Assembly (NCBI GenBank): GCA_951406725.2
Contig: OX597815.1
Span: 8,122,001 to 8,186,000, forward strand
Source: Octopus vulgaris
Taxonomy: Eukaryota
Direction: 5' to 3'
DNA: 64,000 nucleotides
The notes under the pieces were generated by a model, which was given only the letters and a program-made list of their open reading frames with translations, did not search any database and was not told where the DNA came from. How positions within the stretch are numbered: position 1 is the stretch's first letter; every line of letters begins with the position of its first letter. Shown one piece after another: positions 27,039 through 40,420 of the stretch. The position numbers and the translations under genes were made by a program.

Positions 27039-30000
27039 ATTATATCCGAACTTCCCAGGCGGTTTTGGACCAAACCGCCCGGATGCTAGAAAATCCTTGA
27101 AACTTCCCAGGAGGTTTTCGACCAGATTTCCAGGAAAATAGAAAATCCTCGGAACTTTCCAGGAACTTTTCGACCAAATTTAACGACAGTGAGAAAATCC
27201 TCGGAATTTCCCAGGAAATTTTCGACCAAACTTCCCGGAAGATAGAAAAATCCTTAAAATTTCCAAGGAAGTTTTCGACCAAATTTCCCGGAAGTTAGAC
27301 AATCATCGGCACTTTCCAGGCGGTTTTCGACCAAACTTCCCGGAAGTTAGATTATATCTGAACTTCCCAGAGGGGTTTCGACCAAACATCCTGGATGCTA
27401 AAAAATCCTTGGAACTTACCAGGAAGTTTTCGACCAAATTTCTCGGAAGATCGAAAATCCTCAGAACGTCCCAGGAACTTTTCGACCAAGTTTCATGACA
27501 GTTAGAAAATCCTCGGGATTTCCAAGGCAGTTTTCGACCAAATTTCCCGAAAGTTAGAAATCATCGGAACTTTCCAGGTAATTTTCGACCAAACTTCCAG
27601 GGCGTTAGAAAATCCTTGGAATTTCCCAGGATATTTTCGACCAAATTTTACGACAGTTAGAAAATCCTCGGAATTTCGCAGGAAATTTTCGACCAAACTT
27701 CCCAGAAGTTACACAATTATCGGCACTTCCCAGGAAGTTTTCGAACAAATTTCCCGGAGGTTAGAAAATCCTCGGATCTTCCCAATAAGTTTTCGACCAA
27801 ATTTATTGGGAGATCGAAAAATCCCCAGAATTCCCAGGAAATTTTCGACCAAACTTCCCGGACGTTAGAAAATCCTCGAAAGTTTTCGATCAGATTTCCC
27901 AAAAGTTAGAAAATCGTCGGAACTTTCCAGGCGGCTTTCGACCAAACTTGCCGGAAATTAGATAATATCGAAACTTCCCAGACGGTTTTTGACCAAACTT
28001 CCCGGATGCTAGAAAATGCTTGAAACTTCCCAGGAAGTTTTCGACTAAATTTCTCAGAAGTTCGAAAATTCTCGAAATTCCCATGAAGTTTTCGACCAAA
28101 TTACACGACAGCTACAAAATCCTCGTATTTTCCCAGGAAATTTTCGACCAGACTTCTCGGAATTAGAAAATCCTTGGAATTTCCAAGGCAGTTTTCGACC
28201 AAATTTCCTGGAAGTTACACAATCATCGGCACTTCCCAGGAAGTTTCCGACCAAATTTCCCGGAGGTTAGAAAATCCTCGGATCTTCCCAATAAGTTTTC
28301 GACCAAATTTCCTGAAAGATCGAAAATACCCGTAATTTCCCGGGAAATTTTCGACCAAACTTCCCGGACTTTAGAAAATCATCGGAATTTCCCTGGAAGT
28401 TTTCGATCGAATTTGCCAAAGGTTAGGAAATCATCGGAACTTTCCAGGAGATTTTCACCAAACTTCCCAGAAGTTTCAAAATCCTCGGAATTTCCCAGGA
28501 GATTTTCGACCAAACTTCCCGGGCGTTAGAAAATCCTGGAAATTTTCGACCAAACTTCGCGGTTGTTAGAATATCCTTGGTATTTCCAAGGCAGTTTTCG
28601 ACCAAATTTTCCGGAATATAGAAAATTATCGGAACTACCCAGGAAGTTTTCGACGAAATTTTACGAAAAAGTCCTCGGAATTTCCCATGAAATTTTCGAC
28701 CAAACTTCCCGGAATTTCCATGGCAGTTTTCGACCAAATTTCCCGGAAGTTAGACAATCATCGGCACTTTCAAGGCGGTTTTCGACCAAACTTCCCGGAA
28801 GTTAGATTATATCCGATCTTCCCAGACGGGTTTGGACCAAAATTCCTGAAGAATCCTTGGAACTTCCCAGGAAGATTTCGACCAAATTTCTCGGAAGATC
28901 GAAAATCTTCAGAACGTCCCAGGAACTTTTCGAACAAGTTTCATGACAGTTAGAAAATTCTCGGAATTTCCAAGGCAGTTTTCGACCAAATTTCCCGAAA
29001 GTTAGAAATCCTCGAAACTTTCCACGAAATTTTCTACCAAACTTCCAGGGCGTTAGAAAATCCTTCGAATTTCCCAGGATATTTTCGACCAAATTTTAGG
29101 ACAGTGAGAAAATCCGCGGAATTTCTCAGGAAATTTTCGACCAAACTTCCCTCTGGAAATTTTCGACCAGACTTCCCGGAATTAGAAAATCCTTGGAAAT
29201 TCCAAGGCAGTTTTCGACAAAATTTCCTTACACAATCATCGGTACTTCCCAGGAAGTTTTTGAACAAATTTCCCGGAGGTTAGAAAATCCTCGGATCTTC
29301 CCAATAAGTTTTCGACCAAATTTATTGGAATATCGAAAATCCCCGGAATTTCCCAGGTAATGTTCGACCAAACTTCCCGGACTTTAGAAAATCCTCGGAA
29401 GTTTTCGATCAGATTTCCCAAAAGTTAGAAAATCGTCGGAACTTTCCAGGCGGCTTTTGACCAAACTTGCCGCAAATTAGATAATATCCGAACTTCCTAG
29501 ACGGTTTTTGACCAAACTTCCCGGATGCTAGAAAATGCTTGAAACTTCCCAGGAAGTTTTCGACCAAATTTCTCAGAAGTTCGAAAATCCTCGGAACTTT
29601 CCATGAAGTTTTCGACCAAATTTCACGACAGCTAGAAAATCCTCGTATTTTCCCAGACTTCCCGGACTTCCCAGACTTTCGACCAGACTTCCCGGAATTA
29701 GAAAATCCTTGGAATTTCCAAGGCAGTTTTCGACCAAATTTCCTTACACAATCATCGGCACTTCCCAGGAAGTTTTTGATCAAATTTCCCGGAGGTTAGA
29801 AAATCCTCGGATCTTCCCAATAAGTTTTCGACCAAATTTCCTGGAAGATCGAAAATACCCGGAATTTCCCGGGAAATTTTCGACCAAACTTCCCGGACGT
29901 TAGAAAATCCTCGGGATTTCACTGGAAGTTTTCGATCGAATTTCCCGGAGGTTAGAAAATCCTCGGATCTTCCCAATAAGTTTTCAACCAAATTTCCCGG

Positions 30001-31041
30001 AGACCGAAAATTCTCGAAATTTCGACCAAACTTCCCGGAAGTTAGAACATCTTTGGAATTTCCAAGGCAGTTTTCGACCAAATTTCCCGAAAGTAAGAAA
30101 ATCCTCGGAACTTTCCAGGCTGTTTTGGACCAAACTTCCCGGAAAATAGAAAATCCTCGGAATTTCTCGGGAAATTTTCGACCAAACTTCCCGGGCGTTA
30201 GAAAATCCTCAGAATTGCCCAGGAAGTTTTCGACTAAATTTCCCGAAAGTTAGAAGATCCTCGGAACTTCGATTAAACTTCCCGGAACTTTGAAAATTCT
30301 CGGTATTTCCCGGGAATTTTCGACCAAACTTTTCGGCAGTTAGAAAATCCTTGGGATTTCCCAGGCTGTTTTCGACAAAATTTCCCATGATGTTTTCGAC
30401 CTAATTTCCTGGAGTTTAGAAAATCCTCGTATCTTTCCAGTAAGTTTTCGACCAAATTTCTCGGAAGATTGAAAATCCTCGGAATTTCCCATGGAGTTTT
30501 CAACCAAATATCCCGGAAGTTAGACTATCATCGGCTCTTCCCAGGAAGTCTTCGACCAATGTTTCCAGGAGGTTAGAGGATCATCAGATCTTCCCAGTAA
30601 GTGTTCGATCAAATTTCCCAGAAGATAGAAAATCCTCGGAACTTCCTAGGAACTTTTCGATTAATTTTCCAGGAAGTTAGAAAATTATTGGAACTTCCCA
30701 GAAAGTTTTCGAACAAATTCCGGGAAGTTAGAAAATCCTCGGCACATCCCGGGCAGTTTTCGAACAAAACTTCTTTGAAGTTAGACAATCCTCGAATCTT
30801 CCCAGGAAGTTTTCGTCCAAATTTCCCGGGAGTTAGAAATCGTGGGAATTTCCCATGCAGTATTCGACGAAATTTCCAGGAAGTTAGAAAATCCTCGCAT
30901 ATTCCCAGGATGTTTTCGACCAAATTTCACGGAAGACTGAAAATCCTCGGAACTTCACAAGAAATTATCAACCAATTTTCGTGGAAGTTAGAAACTCCTG
31001 GGAAATTCCCAGTCAGTTATCGATCAAACTTCCCGGAAGTT
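27039..31041. repeat. satellite array, about 52-bp monomer with higher-order repeats
   Basis: Consensus approximately GTTAGAAAATCCTCGGAATTTCCCAGGAAGTTTTCGACCAAATTTCCCGGAA; variant blocks recur at about 0.51 kb and about 1.5 kb spacing. Confidence 0.93.
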
Positions 31042-31131
31042 ATATATATATACATATATATATATATGATGCGGGCAGCGGCATCGAACTTCCAGGTTGA
31101 TCTCCCTTTTTGATCAAGTGCCACGTATCAG

Positions 31132-31312
31132 AGGTGTTTTTTTCTCTCCTTGTTTCTCTCCTTGCTTTTTCTGTGTATCTTTCTGTCGAAGAGCGTAGGC
31201 TCGAAACGTAAAAGACTTTTTCTATTTCTATTCCTGAGCGCTACTCTAATACATTTGTTTGTTTGTACTCCACCTGCCTTCGTCTTTTGTTTATTTTCGT
31301 AAAATTTCCCTT
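31132..31312 (+). mobile_element. second copy of the short repeat with the minimal hammerhead-like motif (31178-31215)
   Basis: Reverse complement homologue of 17641-17825; ends in (TA)n. Confidence 0.7.
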
Positions 31313-31759
31313 TATATATATATATATAATAGTTATATATATATATATAATAGTTTAGCTCAGATATGTGTAAAAGTATAATGAACTCTGCTACTGATAG
31401 GCGCTTGATATCAGTTGTAGATTTCTTAATTTAAATATGTAACTGATATATTTTTAATTAAAGCAAGAACACAGGTTCATGTAAATGTGAAAACAGTTTT
31501 ATTTCAGTTGAAGCTACTATTGAACATAGTATACTTTGTTCTTGAAACTATTTAATTCCCGTAACATGTGGAAATTGAAGAACTCAGAGGAAACCCAGAA
31601 ATCCAAATAATGGAACTGCAATACATGCAGAAATGATATTACAAGTTATGAGGAGCCCCCAACTTATATGATATTAGTTCTGTATCTTATTGCCTCAGTA
31701 ATTCTGAACATAGCCATGTCAGCACCCCTATGCTTTCGCTGTCATCAACAGAAGCACAA

Positions 31760-32030
31760 AGAGATTATGAGGGCTTCCAACACTTTAGCCTTACATATAG
31801 CTGGCCATTAGCAAAACAGCATTCTTCGAGATGTATTCCAGTAACCATCGGTGTCTGCCGTTGGAATTTATTGATTGAGAAAATTAAGTATTTTGGAACC
31901 GAAGTCTTCTAGACTGGAAGGGCATGTTTGTTGGCCTGACTTATCCGTTGGTAAATCCGTTGAAATTAGTAGACTTGATGGCATGTGGCATAAGCCTCTT
32001 GGCCAGTTTTCTCGTACCAATATATAACTG
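31760..32030 (-). pseudogene. highly decayed Helitron Pif1-helicase C-terminal fragment
   Basis: Minus frames read YIGTRKLAKRLMPHAI (NGTRL-like), PTNMPFQSRRLRF (PF.F.R.QFP-like) and GIHLEECCFANGQLYV (F.HGQLYV motif). Confidence 0.7.
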
Positions 32031-32094
32031 TGGTTGATTTGAATTACACAGCACCAATGTATGTAGTGTGTGTGTGTGTTGTTGTTGTTGTTGT

Positions 32095-32509
32095 TAAGCA
32101 ACAAAACGGGTAAGGGTGATGGTCTACGGCTTAGGGGCAGGAGACCCCAGACCTTGGAAAAAAAAAGAAACTTTGGTCGTCTTGTTGTAGCCGAGGGCTC
32201 TTCGTTGACGCCCGACACCACTGGGAGCTGGCCCTCGAAGTCGCTGGAAATGGAGATCTCCAGGTCCAAATTCTTGAACGGCTGTGTGTGTGTGTTGTTG
32301 TTGTTGTTGTTGTTGTTAAGCAACAAGACGGGTAAGGGTGATTAGGTGATGGTCTAGGGCTTAGGGGCGAGAGACCCCAGACCTTGGAAAAAAATACTTT
32401 GGTCGTCTTGTTGTAGCCGAGGGCTCTTCGTTGACGCCCGACACCACTGGTAGGTGGCCCTCGAAGTCGCTGGAAATGGAGATCTCCAGGTCCAAATTCT
32501 TGAACGGCT
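32095..32509. repeat. tandem duplication of a GC-rich unit of about 190 bp, separated by (TG)n(TTG)n
   Basis: 32095-32284 and 32317-32509 are near-identical. Confidence 0.9.
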
Positions 32510-33254
32510 GTGTATGTGTGTGTGTGTGTGTGTGTGTCTGTGTCTGTGTGTGTCTGTGTGTCTGTGTGTGTCTGTGTGTGTCTGTGTTTGTGTGTGTGTG
32601 TCTGTGTCTGTGTCTGTGTCTGTGTGTTTTACAGTATAAGTGACTACATTTATTCTTGATCGCATTCAGAAAATTTGACTTCGCGCTTAAATTTATTTCG
32701 ATCAGTTGTTACGATGTCAATAGAAAGAGTGTATGAGAGAAGAGAAATAGACGGCAAGAGAGAGAGAGAGAGAGACGGAGAGAGAGAGAGGGAGAGAGAG
32801 AGAGAGAGACGGAGGGAGAGAGAGTGAGAGGGAGGGAAAGAGAGAAGAATGGAACGAAAGAGAATGGACAATGAAGATTGATGGCAAACGAAAGTACACT
32901 CGGTACATTTGGAAACTGGTTTGTTCTACAAATATCTGCCACACAAAACACTGTCACCAAAATGATTAAGTACCACCAGTAATAGACATAGCTTCTTCCG
33001 TGTAAAAAAAAATGTTTGGATAGAAAGCTAGATCATTATTGAACGATAGGTGTAGCCGTCATATTTCTTGTATTTTGTTTATGAGCGCTCGGGTATAGAG
33101 TACGTATTTATTTTATTATTTTGGATATATCTTTTCGTATCTGATGAAAGAAAAAATAAACCATAAAAGTATGTGATAAACAAAATATAAATTTATAAAC
33201 GTATTCATTTCCATGAATTATATATTCTATGAATTAAGTACATTATAAACATAC

Positions 33255-33305
<51 letters not shown>

Positions 33306-34284
33306 GCAAAAAAAAAATATATTTCTATGTAAATATATATTTCTGCGAATTTATCAAAGAAATATATAAAATATATTTAAAAATACGAAAAACGTAATAA
33401 CAGCCGTCACTCGCAAGTGAGTATCACTTACTAGTATGTACCATGCTTTTGCTAATTGTTTTAGTCCCCTAAGTAGTCACGAGTAGACACGGGCTAACTC
33501 TCTCGGCCCCACCACCATTTCCTAGCTGAAACACTCAGAATGTGACAGAAGGAAAGAGAGAAGGTCTGCATCAGCAACGTGTTTGTACTTATTTTCAGCT
33601 GAGAAAACTAGATTGAGTAACGGAAAATGAAGTGCTTTGTCCAAGGGTACAATGATCTCCTAGTCTGGGAATCGAGCCTACAACCCTATGATCATCGGTC
33701 AACACCCTAAAGGAAATGTCTTCTTGTTCTTCATATTCGCACTTTGGGTCCCTCACAGATATAAATACACGATCACACACACAAACACATCAACAACAGA
33801 TAACGTGTCTGAAACGGCTGTAGTGAACCGTAACCCATTTGTGTTTTTTATTTGCATATATGCATATATGTTACATTAATGCTATGGAACAATGAACTGA
33901 GCTGGATAAAGAAAAGAAAAAATGGCTGATGAACCTTAAATGGCGACGTAGATGATAAAAGGAAAAGAACATTTAGGTCAAAGGTTCTTTAATATTTTTT
34001 GTTTGTTTTTACCTGTGAACCCTTTTCATTTCTATTTCACTGCCAATTCGATATTTAAAAGACTCTATAAAATTTTTATAACATTATGTAACAAAATTGT
34101 CTTTCCCGTCTTTGGTCAGTAAGTGTTATTTCCTATTGGTTTCTATCTGGAAATCAAAGGAAATGACTGCGATTCCTTTCGGTCTTTACTTTTGTGATAT
34201 GAACATCAATGTTTTGAAATTGACATATTTCTCCATTACATTTCAGGTTCAGCGTTGAGTTGCTGAAGCTGAAATAACGTTATA

Positions 34285-34440
34285 GCAAATATTCTGCTCA
34301 ATACCACAGATTTGCTATCAGTTGCTTGACCGTAACCTCTTGAGCACGTCCCTCAGTGGCTGACAATATGTGCACCTCTGATCATGAGCAGCAGTAGAAG
34401 GGGAGCGTCATAGCCATGAATTGAGAGGGATTTTTTGAGC
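34285..34440 (+). mobile_element. fragment of the interspersed repeat also present at 61640-61977
   Basis: AGCAAATATTCTGCTC.ATACCACAGATTTGC...GGGGAGC.TCATAGCCATG is shared. Confidence 0.75.
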
Positions 34441-34734
34441 TGGTTTCTGGCAAAGATACAAAACTCCATCGTTGGAATGCAGATAACAAAAATAATGTCA
34501 CGTTGATAAAAATTGAGAAAAGTCTTGCATAATTTTACTATTCCATTTAAAGATTGTATTTGTAATGTGCGAATTAGTTGGCGGGGGGTGGGCTCTTTTG
34601 TTTTTGTTTTGTTTTTGTTTTTTAACCATGGCTTATTCAGATTGTGACTTAGGCATTTACTCAGAAAACCAAGTGCACAAATTTTCATTGGTATAAATGT
34701 GAATTTAGAACCTGGATATAAGAACTGCAGGTTT

Positions 34735-35125
34735 CGAATCAGTTGCCCATTGTTAGTTTATTTCTCTTTGATTTTCAACGGTGTTCACATCAACAGGGCA
34801 GCTGACCTCAATGATGGTACACACTCTTCCCTGCCTGTCCCAAACACCAATATTCGGTCTTATATTTATATTGGACAAAAGTTCCGATGGGGATGTTCCA
34901 CTTGTATTCCTTGCGTTGATATCTGTGTATGTATTCAATAACAATGGGTTTCTCTATATTTATTGCAGGACGGTCATTTTTTTTTCCTAATGACATTGTA
35001 TATTGTGTCGCATGGTGGGGGGGGGAGTGATAGTACCTTGATGACATTCTTGGGCAGCTACTAATCACAAGTGTGATGTCTTCCACAAAAATATGACAAT
35101 CCTACATATTCGGCTGCATTTTGGA
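34735..35125 (-). pseudogene. R4/Dong-like LINE CCHC / restriction-like endonuclease fragment
   Basis: EDITLVISSCP followed by RPNIGVWDRQGRVCTIIEVSCPVDVN (RPD...IIEV.CP.D.N motif). Confidence 0.78.
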
Positions 35126-35326
35126 GCTCCAAGAGCGTACCTGCTCCGAGATTCATTGCCGTTTGAAAATCGGAAACATAAACCGCAGAGTCAAGTGGAA
35201 TTATACAGAGTGGAATGGAGTGGAGTATGATAAAAAAAGAGAGGAGTGGAGTAGCAACAAACAGAGTAGAGTGGAACTATAGTGCATAGAGAAGTGGAGT
35301 AGAGGCATAATATATTTATATTGACA

Positions 35327-35726
35327 CTAGCAGTATCGCCCGGCGTTGCTCGGGTTTGTAAGGGAAATAACTATATAAGCATTTTTAGAGAGTTATAGCC
35401 AAAATATAGCAAAAAATGCATTAAAAATGGAAAAAAAATGATGGTAAATTTTTTTAAATCGTTGACTCATCGTAGACATTTTTAGAGAGTTACTTCCCTT
35501 ATATAATAGCGAAAAAAATGCATTAAAATGGAAAAAAATTATGGTAAATTTTTTTTTAAATCGTAGACTCATCATAGACGCGCGCTAATACCCAGAAGGG
35601 CTCGATATGAATCACGACTATAAGATACCCGGTTTTGGTTAAACTGCACCTCAAAATGTGGGAGTAGTTAGGAATCTAAATCGTAGGAGACAGACAGACA
35701 CACAACTTGACTTTTATATATAAAGA
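35327..35726 (-). mobile_element. 400-bp non-autonomous Helitron
   Basis: TC...hairpin-CTAG ends, A/T insertion site; matches 12514-12898. Confidence 0.9.
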
Positions 35727-36257
35727 TAAATTGAGGAGTATGGCATGGAGTAAGCGTTACGTATAATTCAGTTTAAATGAAACTTAGTTAATTTCGGTGG
35801 AGTGATGAGCAGAGTTTTGTTGAGTTCAGTAGAATGATGAGTAAAGTTGAATTGAATAGAGTGATGTAGAATGTGAGAAGAGATGAAATAATGAGAATCT
35901 GCGATCGTCTTTATCCTATTTTCACTTGACAATAGATTGTACAAGTATGGTTGCCGATACATATTACAGGCATCTACATAAAATATATGTGTGTGTGTGC
36001 CGTCGTTGTGATATTTGTGTGTGTGCCCGTGTGAGCGCATGTATGTGTGGGTGTTGTGCACAGTGTGCTGATACATACATGCATAAATACATACATACAT
36101 ATCTACGTACATAGGTATGTATGTGAATAGACACACCACACGATCATACACGCATAGAGCAGGATCAAGGGTATGTTGTAAGATCTTTTGTTCAATTGAT
36201 TAATGAGATTTGAATGAATGTAATTTAGATTCGTTTTGGAATCACATATTTTACTCT

Positions 36258-36635
36258 GGTGGTGGTGGTGGTAGTGGTGGTGGTGTTGGCGGTGGTGGTG
36301 GTGTTGGCGGTGGTGGTGGTGGTGGTGGTGGTGGTGGTGGTGGTGGTGGTGGTGGTGGTGGTGGTGGTGGTGGTGGTGGTGGTGGTGGTGGTGGTGGTGG
36401 TGGTTGATGGTGGTGGTGGTGGTTGTGGTGGTGGTGGTGGTGGTGGTGGTGGTGGTGGTGGTGGTGGCGGTGGTGGTGGTGGTGGTGGTGGTGGTGGTGG
36501 TGGTGGTGGTGGAGTCGGCCACGGCGGTGGTGGCGGCGAAGGCGATGGTGGTGGTGGTGGTGGCGGTGGTGGTGCTGGTGGTGCTGGTGGTGGTGGTGGT
36601 GGAGTCGTCGGCGGCGGCGGCGGTGGTGGTGGTGT
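36258..36635. repeat. (GGT)n trinucleotide tract
   Basis: Visible directly. Confidence 0.9.
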
Positions 36636-36948
36636 AACAGCGATGGTTTTTAGTCTTTGTTTCCTCAATGTTACTATTGCTGTTGCTGCAGATCTTCCTT
36701 TGCTAATTATTGCTGTCGTTGTTGTTATTGATTCTACACTTGCAAATTTTTGTTATTTTCGTTGGTGCTGCTGCCTTTTTTATTTTACTGTTTCTGCTGC
36801 TGATGATGATGATGTTGCAGTTGTTGTTATTGTTGTTGTTGCTGTTGCTGCTGCTGATGCACCTCTTATTGTTGCAGCGGCGTCAAAGAGAATGATTTAA
36901 CCACACATTTTCACATATTTTGTGTTAGTGTTTTAGTGTATATATATG

Positions 36949-37004
<56 letters not shown>

Positions 37005-37128
37005 CGTGTGTGTGTGTGTTTATGTGTGTGTATGTATGCATGTATGTATGCATGTTCGCATATGTGTGTTTGTAGTTATGTCTATACGCATGTATGCTTG
37101 CATTTAAGCATGCATATATGTATGTTGG

Positions 37129-37159
<31 letters not shown>

Positions 37160-37629
37160 ATATATACAAATATATATATATATATATACATATATACATA
37201 CAAATGTGTGTGTACACAATACATATATGTATGTAGGTGTATATATATATATATATATACACACACATGTGTGTGCACACGTATGTACACATAGATATAT
37301 ATACACATGAATATATATGTTTGTGTGTAAATTCATATATATATATCTACATTTGTGTGTATTTGTGTGTATGTGTGTGTGTATGTGTGTGTGTGCGTGC
37401 GTGCGTGTAATATCCACTGTTTCTTGTTTAATTCCAAGAATTCTTTCTATAGACAAATGACTAGTTTTTAACAAAGCTCTATGATTGGATTGTGGACCAC
37501 AGTAAAGAGTTTCATCTTGCGTTTGAGAAAAGACTTGTCTATTTTTACTTTTCCACTTACAAACTGTATTTTAAGCATGCCAGTCACATGGTTTCTTCTC
37601 GGCCTGAAGAACTTAAATACTTATATATA

Positions 37630-37796
37630 CAGGAGTGGCTGTGTGGTAAGTAGCTTGCTAACCAACCACATGGTTCCGGGTTCAGTCCCACTGCGTGGTA
37701 TCTTGGGCAAGTGTCTTCTGCTATAGCCCCGGGCCGACCAATGCCTTGTGAGTGGATTTGGTAGACGGAAACTGAAAGAAGCCTGTCGTATATATG

Positions 37797-37829
<33 letters not shown>

Positions 37830-38030
37830 TTGTGTGTCTGTGTTTGTCCCCCTAGCATTGCTTGACAACCGATGCTGGTGTGTTTACGTCCCCGTCACTT
37901 AGCGGTTCGGCAAAAGAGACCGATAGAATAAGTACTGGGCTTACAAAGAATAAGTCCCGGGATCGATTTGCTCGACTAAAGGCGGTGCTCCAGCATGGCC
38001 GCAGTCGAATGACTGAAACAAGTAAAAGAG
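37630..38030 (+). mobile_element. SINE family A, near full length
   Basis: tRNA-like head, CTTGGGCAAGT core, internal (TA)(TG) microsatellite, conserved tail. Confidence 0.9.
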
Positions 38031-38623
38031 TAGAGAGTAAAAGAGTAAATGTGAATTTATATTTAGTGTGGAAAAGTTATAGATTTCAAAGTAAAGGTTC
38101 GTCATAGATATTCTCTTTCTCACTAATCTTATATTATGAAAGAAAAGCGAATCTTCGTCTGTCTGTCCGTCATAACATATATTCGAGGGAGGGAAAGAAG
38201 GGAAGAAATCGAAATAAACATCACAATGTATTTTTAGAAGAAGGGGAGGAGAAAATTTGTTGTTGGAAGAGAAATACAGTGATAGATAGAGTGTGTGGAA
38301 GATAGTTAGACAGATAGATTGGTAGGTAGTTTTGAATTAATACAGGGGAATTTTAAGTGCAAGTCTACCAACACACCGCAACATACTTAAAAAGAATGTA
38401 TGCTTATACGTAGTACCTATAGTTATTTTGGTGGGTTTTGTGAGTGTGTGTGTGTGTGTGTATGTGTGTGTGTAAGTGTGTGTTCTGTGTCTTTCAACAT
38501 GTAAACAACGCAACACGAACTTTAAAAAAGACTTTCACTTTGAATAGAAGGGGAAGAGAAGATGCTGTTAGGAGAGAAATACTATGTGAGATAGACAAAG
38601 AGAGGGAGAGAGAGAGAGTATGA

Positions 38624-38657
<34 letters not shown>

Positions 38658-38810
38658 TAGATAGAGAGGTAGTGCTGTCACCATAGTAAATGGCAAGTTT
38701 TGATTAAAGACGCGGGAATTTTAAGTACAGCTCTGTCAACTCAACTCAACACAGACATCAAGAAAGGCTAAATATATGTGTGTGTGTGCGTGTATACACA
38801 CACACACACA

Positions 38811-38848
<38 letters not shown>

Positions 38849-38911
38849 CACCCCTCCTTTGGACGGTTTAAGTTGCATTGGTGGTATTTTTTCACCAAAT
38901 TGAACTACCTA

Positions 38912-39304
38912 TTTAAACATAGAGGGGACAAACAAGGACAGACAAACGGATTAAGCCGATTATATCGGCCCCAGTGCGTAACTGGTACTTATTTAATCGA
39001 TCCCGAAAGGATGAAAGGCAAAGTCGACCTCGGCGGAATTTGAACTCACAACGTAACGCAGACGAAATACCTATTTCTTTACTACCCACAAGGGGCTAAA
39101 CATAGAGGGAACGAACAAGGACAGACAAACGGATTAAGTCGATTACATCGACCCCAGAGTTCAACTGGTACTTAATTTATCGACCCCGAAAGGATGAAAG
39201 GCAAAGTCGACCTCGGCGGAATTTGAACTCAGAACGTATACACAGACGAAATACCGTTAAGCATCTCGCCTGGCGTGCTAACGATTCTGCCAGCTCGCCG
39301 CCTT
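38912..39304 (-). mobile_element. SINE family C with internal tandem duplication
   Basis: Matches 14075-14311. Confidence 0.85.
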
Positions 39305-40074
39305 CAAATAATTGAACTACCGTGAAGTTTTATGAATAGCACGGCAATCTGTTTCCGACTAACCTAGGAACAGAAAATCAAATTGAAGGTTTTGATTATT
39401 GTGGAGGTCATCTTTAATGGTCATAGAACAATTAAGCTTGCAAGCGATGCAAAGTAGATCTACTGAAGTGTTTTGGGTGGAGATTACGGATAATGACTAC
39501 AAAATATAGCTGTTTTACATGAAAGCGAAATTTCTTGTCAGAAACAGCCACATAAATGGTGTAATGAGATTGAAGGAAGGCATTGAAACGTCCCCTCTGC
39601 GGGTTTATTTTTTTCAACAACAAAGGGTGCCATTTTTTCGGAGAGATAAGCTAACAAAAGCCCCTTTATTCTGTCTTCCCATGCAGCCTGCGCATAAACT
39701 AACAGCGAATGCTGCATGAAGTTAAACTGGTGTGAAGCTTTCTTAAAGATTCGTAGAGATTTCGGTAGTGGAAGCAAAACACTTATTTAAAGGTTGATTC
39801 TTTACAGCACCCTCTGGTATAATACATATAAATATTTTTAGGCTGTGTGTGTGTGTGTGTTTGTTTATATGTGCGTGTGTGTGTGTCTGTATGTGCGCGC
39901 AGGTGCGTGCGTTTCTGTGTCATTCAACATAGAGACAACGCAGCACAGTCTTTAAGATAGACTTTCCCTTTAAACAATTCATGAAGGTATGTGTATCTTT
40001 GAGAAATGGTTTTCCCGGCAACATAGCGACAGAAAACGATCTAGCGTTTATATTCGCTGAACAGCTGACTTCTG

Positions 40075-40420
40075 AAGTTCGGTTCGCAGCCATGTAGTTT
40101 TAGGTTTGGTTGCACTGCGGGATAAGGGTTTTCTACTGTAAATACTGGGTCGACCAGTGCCTTATGAATGAATTTGGTAGATGGAAACTGCGTAGAAGCA
40201 TATTTGTTTTGTGTGTGTGTTTATGTTTGTCTCCCTATCGTTTGACAACAGGTGTTGTTTTCTTTCTACCCTGTAACTTAAAATTTCAGCACAAGAAACT
40301 AATAAAAAAAAAGTACGGTACTTAAAAATTGGACCTGCATCGATGTGTTTGACTAACCCCACAAAGCGGTACTCCGTTATGGCCGCAGTTAAATATATGA
40401 AACTTATAAAAGAGTAAAAA
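40075..40420 (+). mobile_element. SINE family A, old diverged copy
   Basis: GAATTTGGTAGATGGAAACTG ... GCGGTACTCCGTTATGGCCGCAG similarity. Confidence 0.65.

Noticed and set aside
27040-31113. Many ORFs within the satellite
   Set aside because: By-products of a stop-poor 52-bp repeat that changes frame each monomer
33925-33955. CTGATGAACC...GGCGACGTA
   Set aside because: GAAA box and stem I missing
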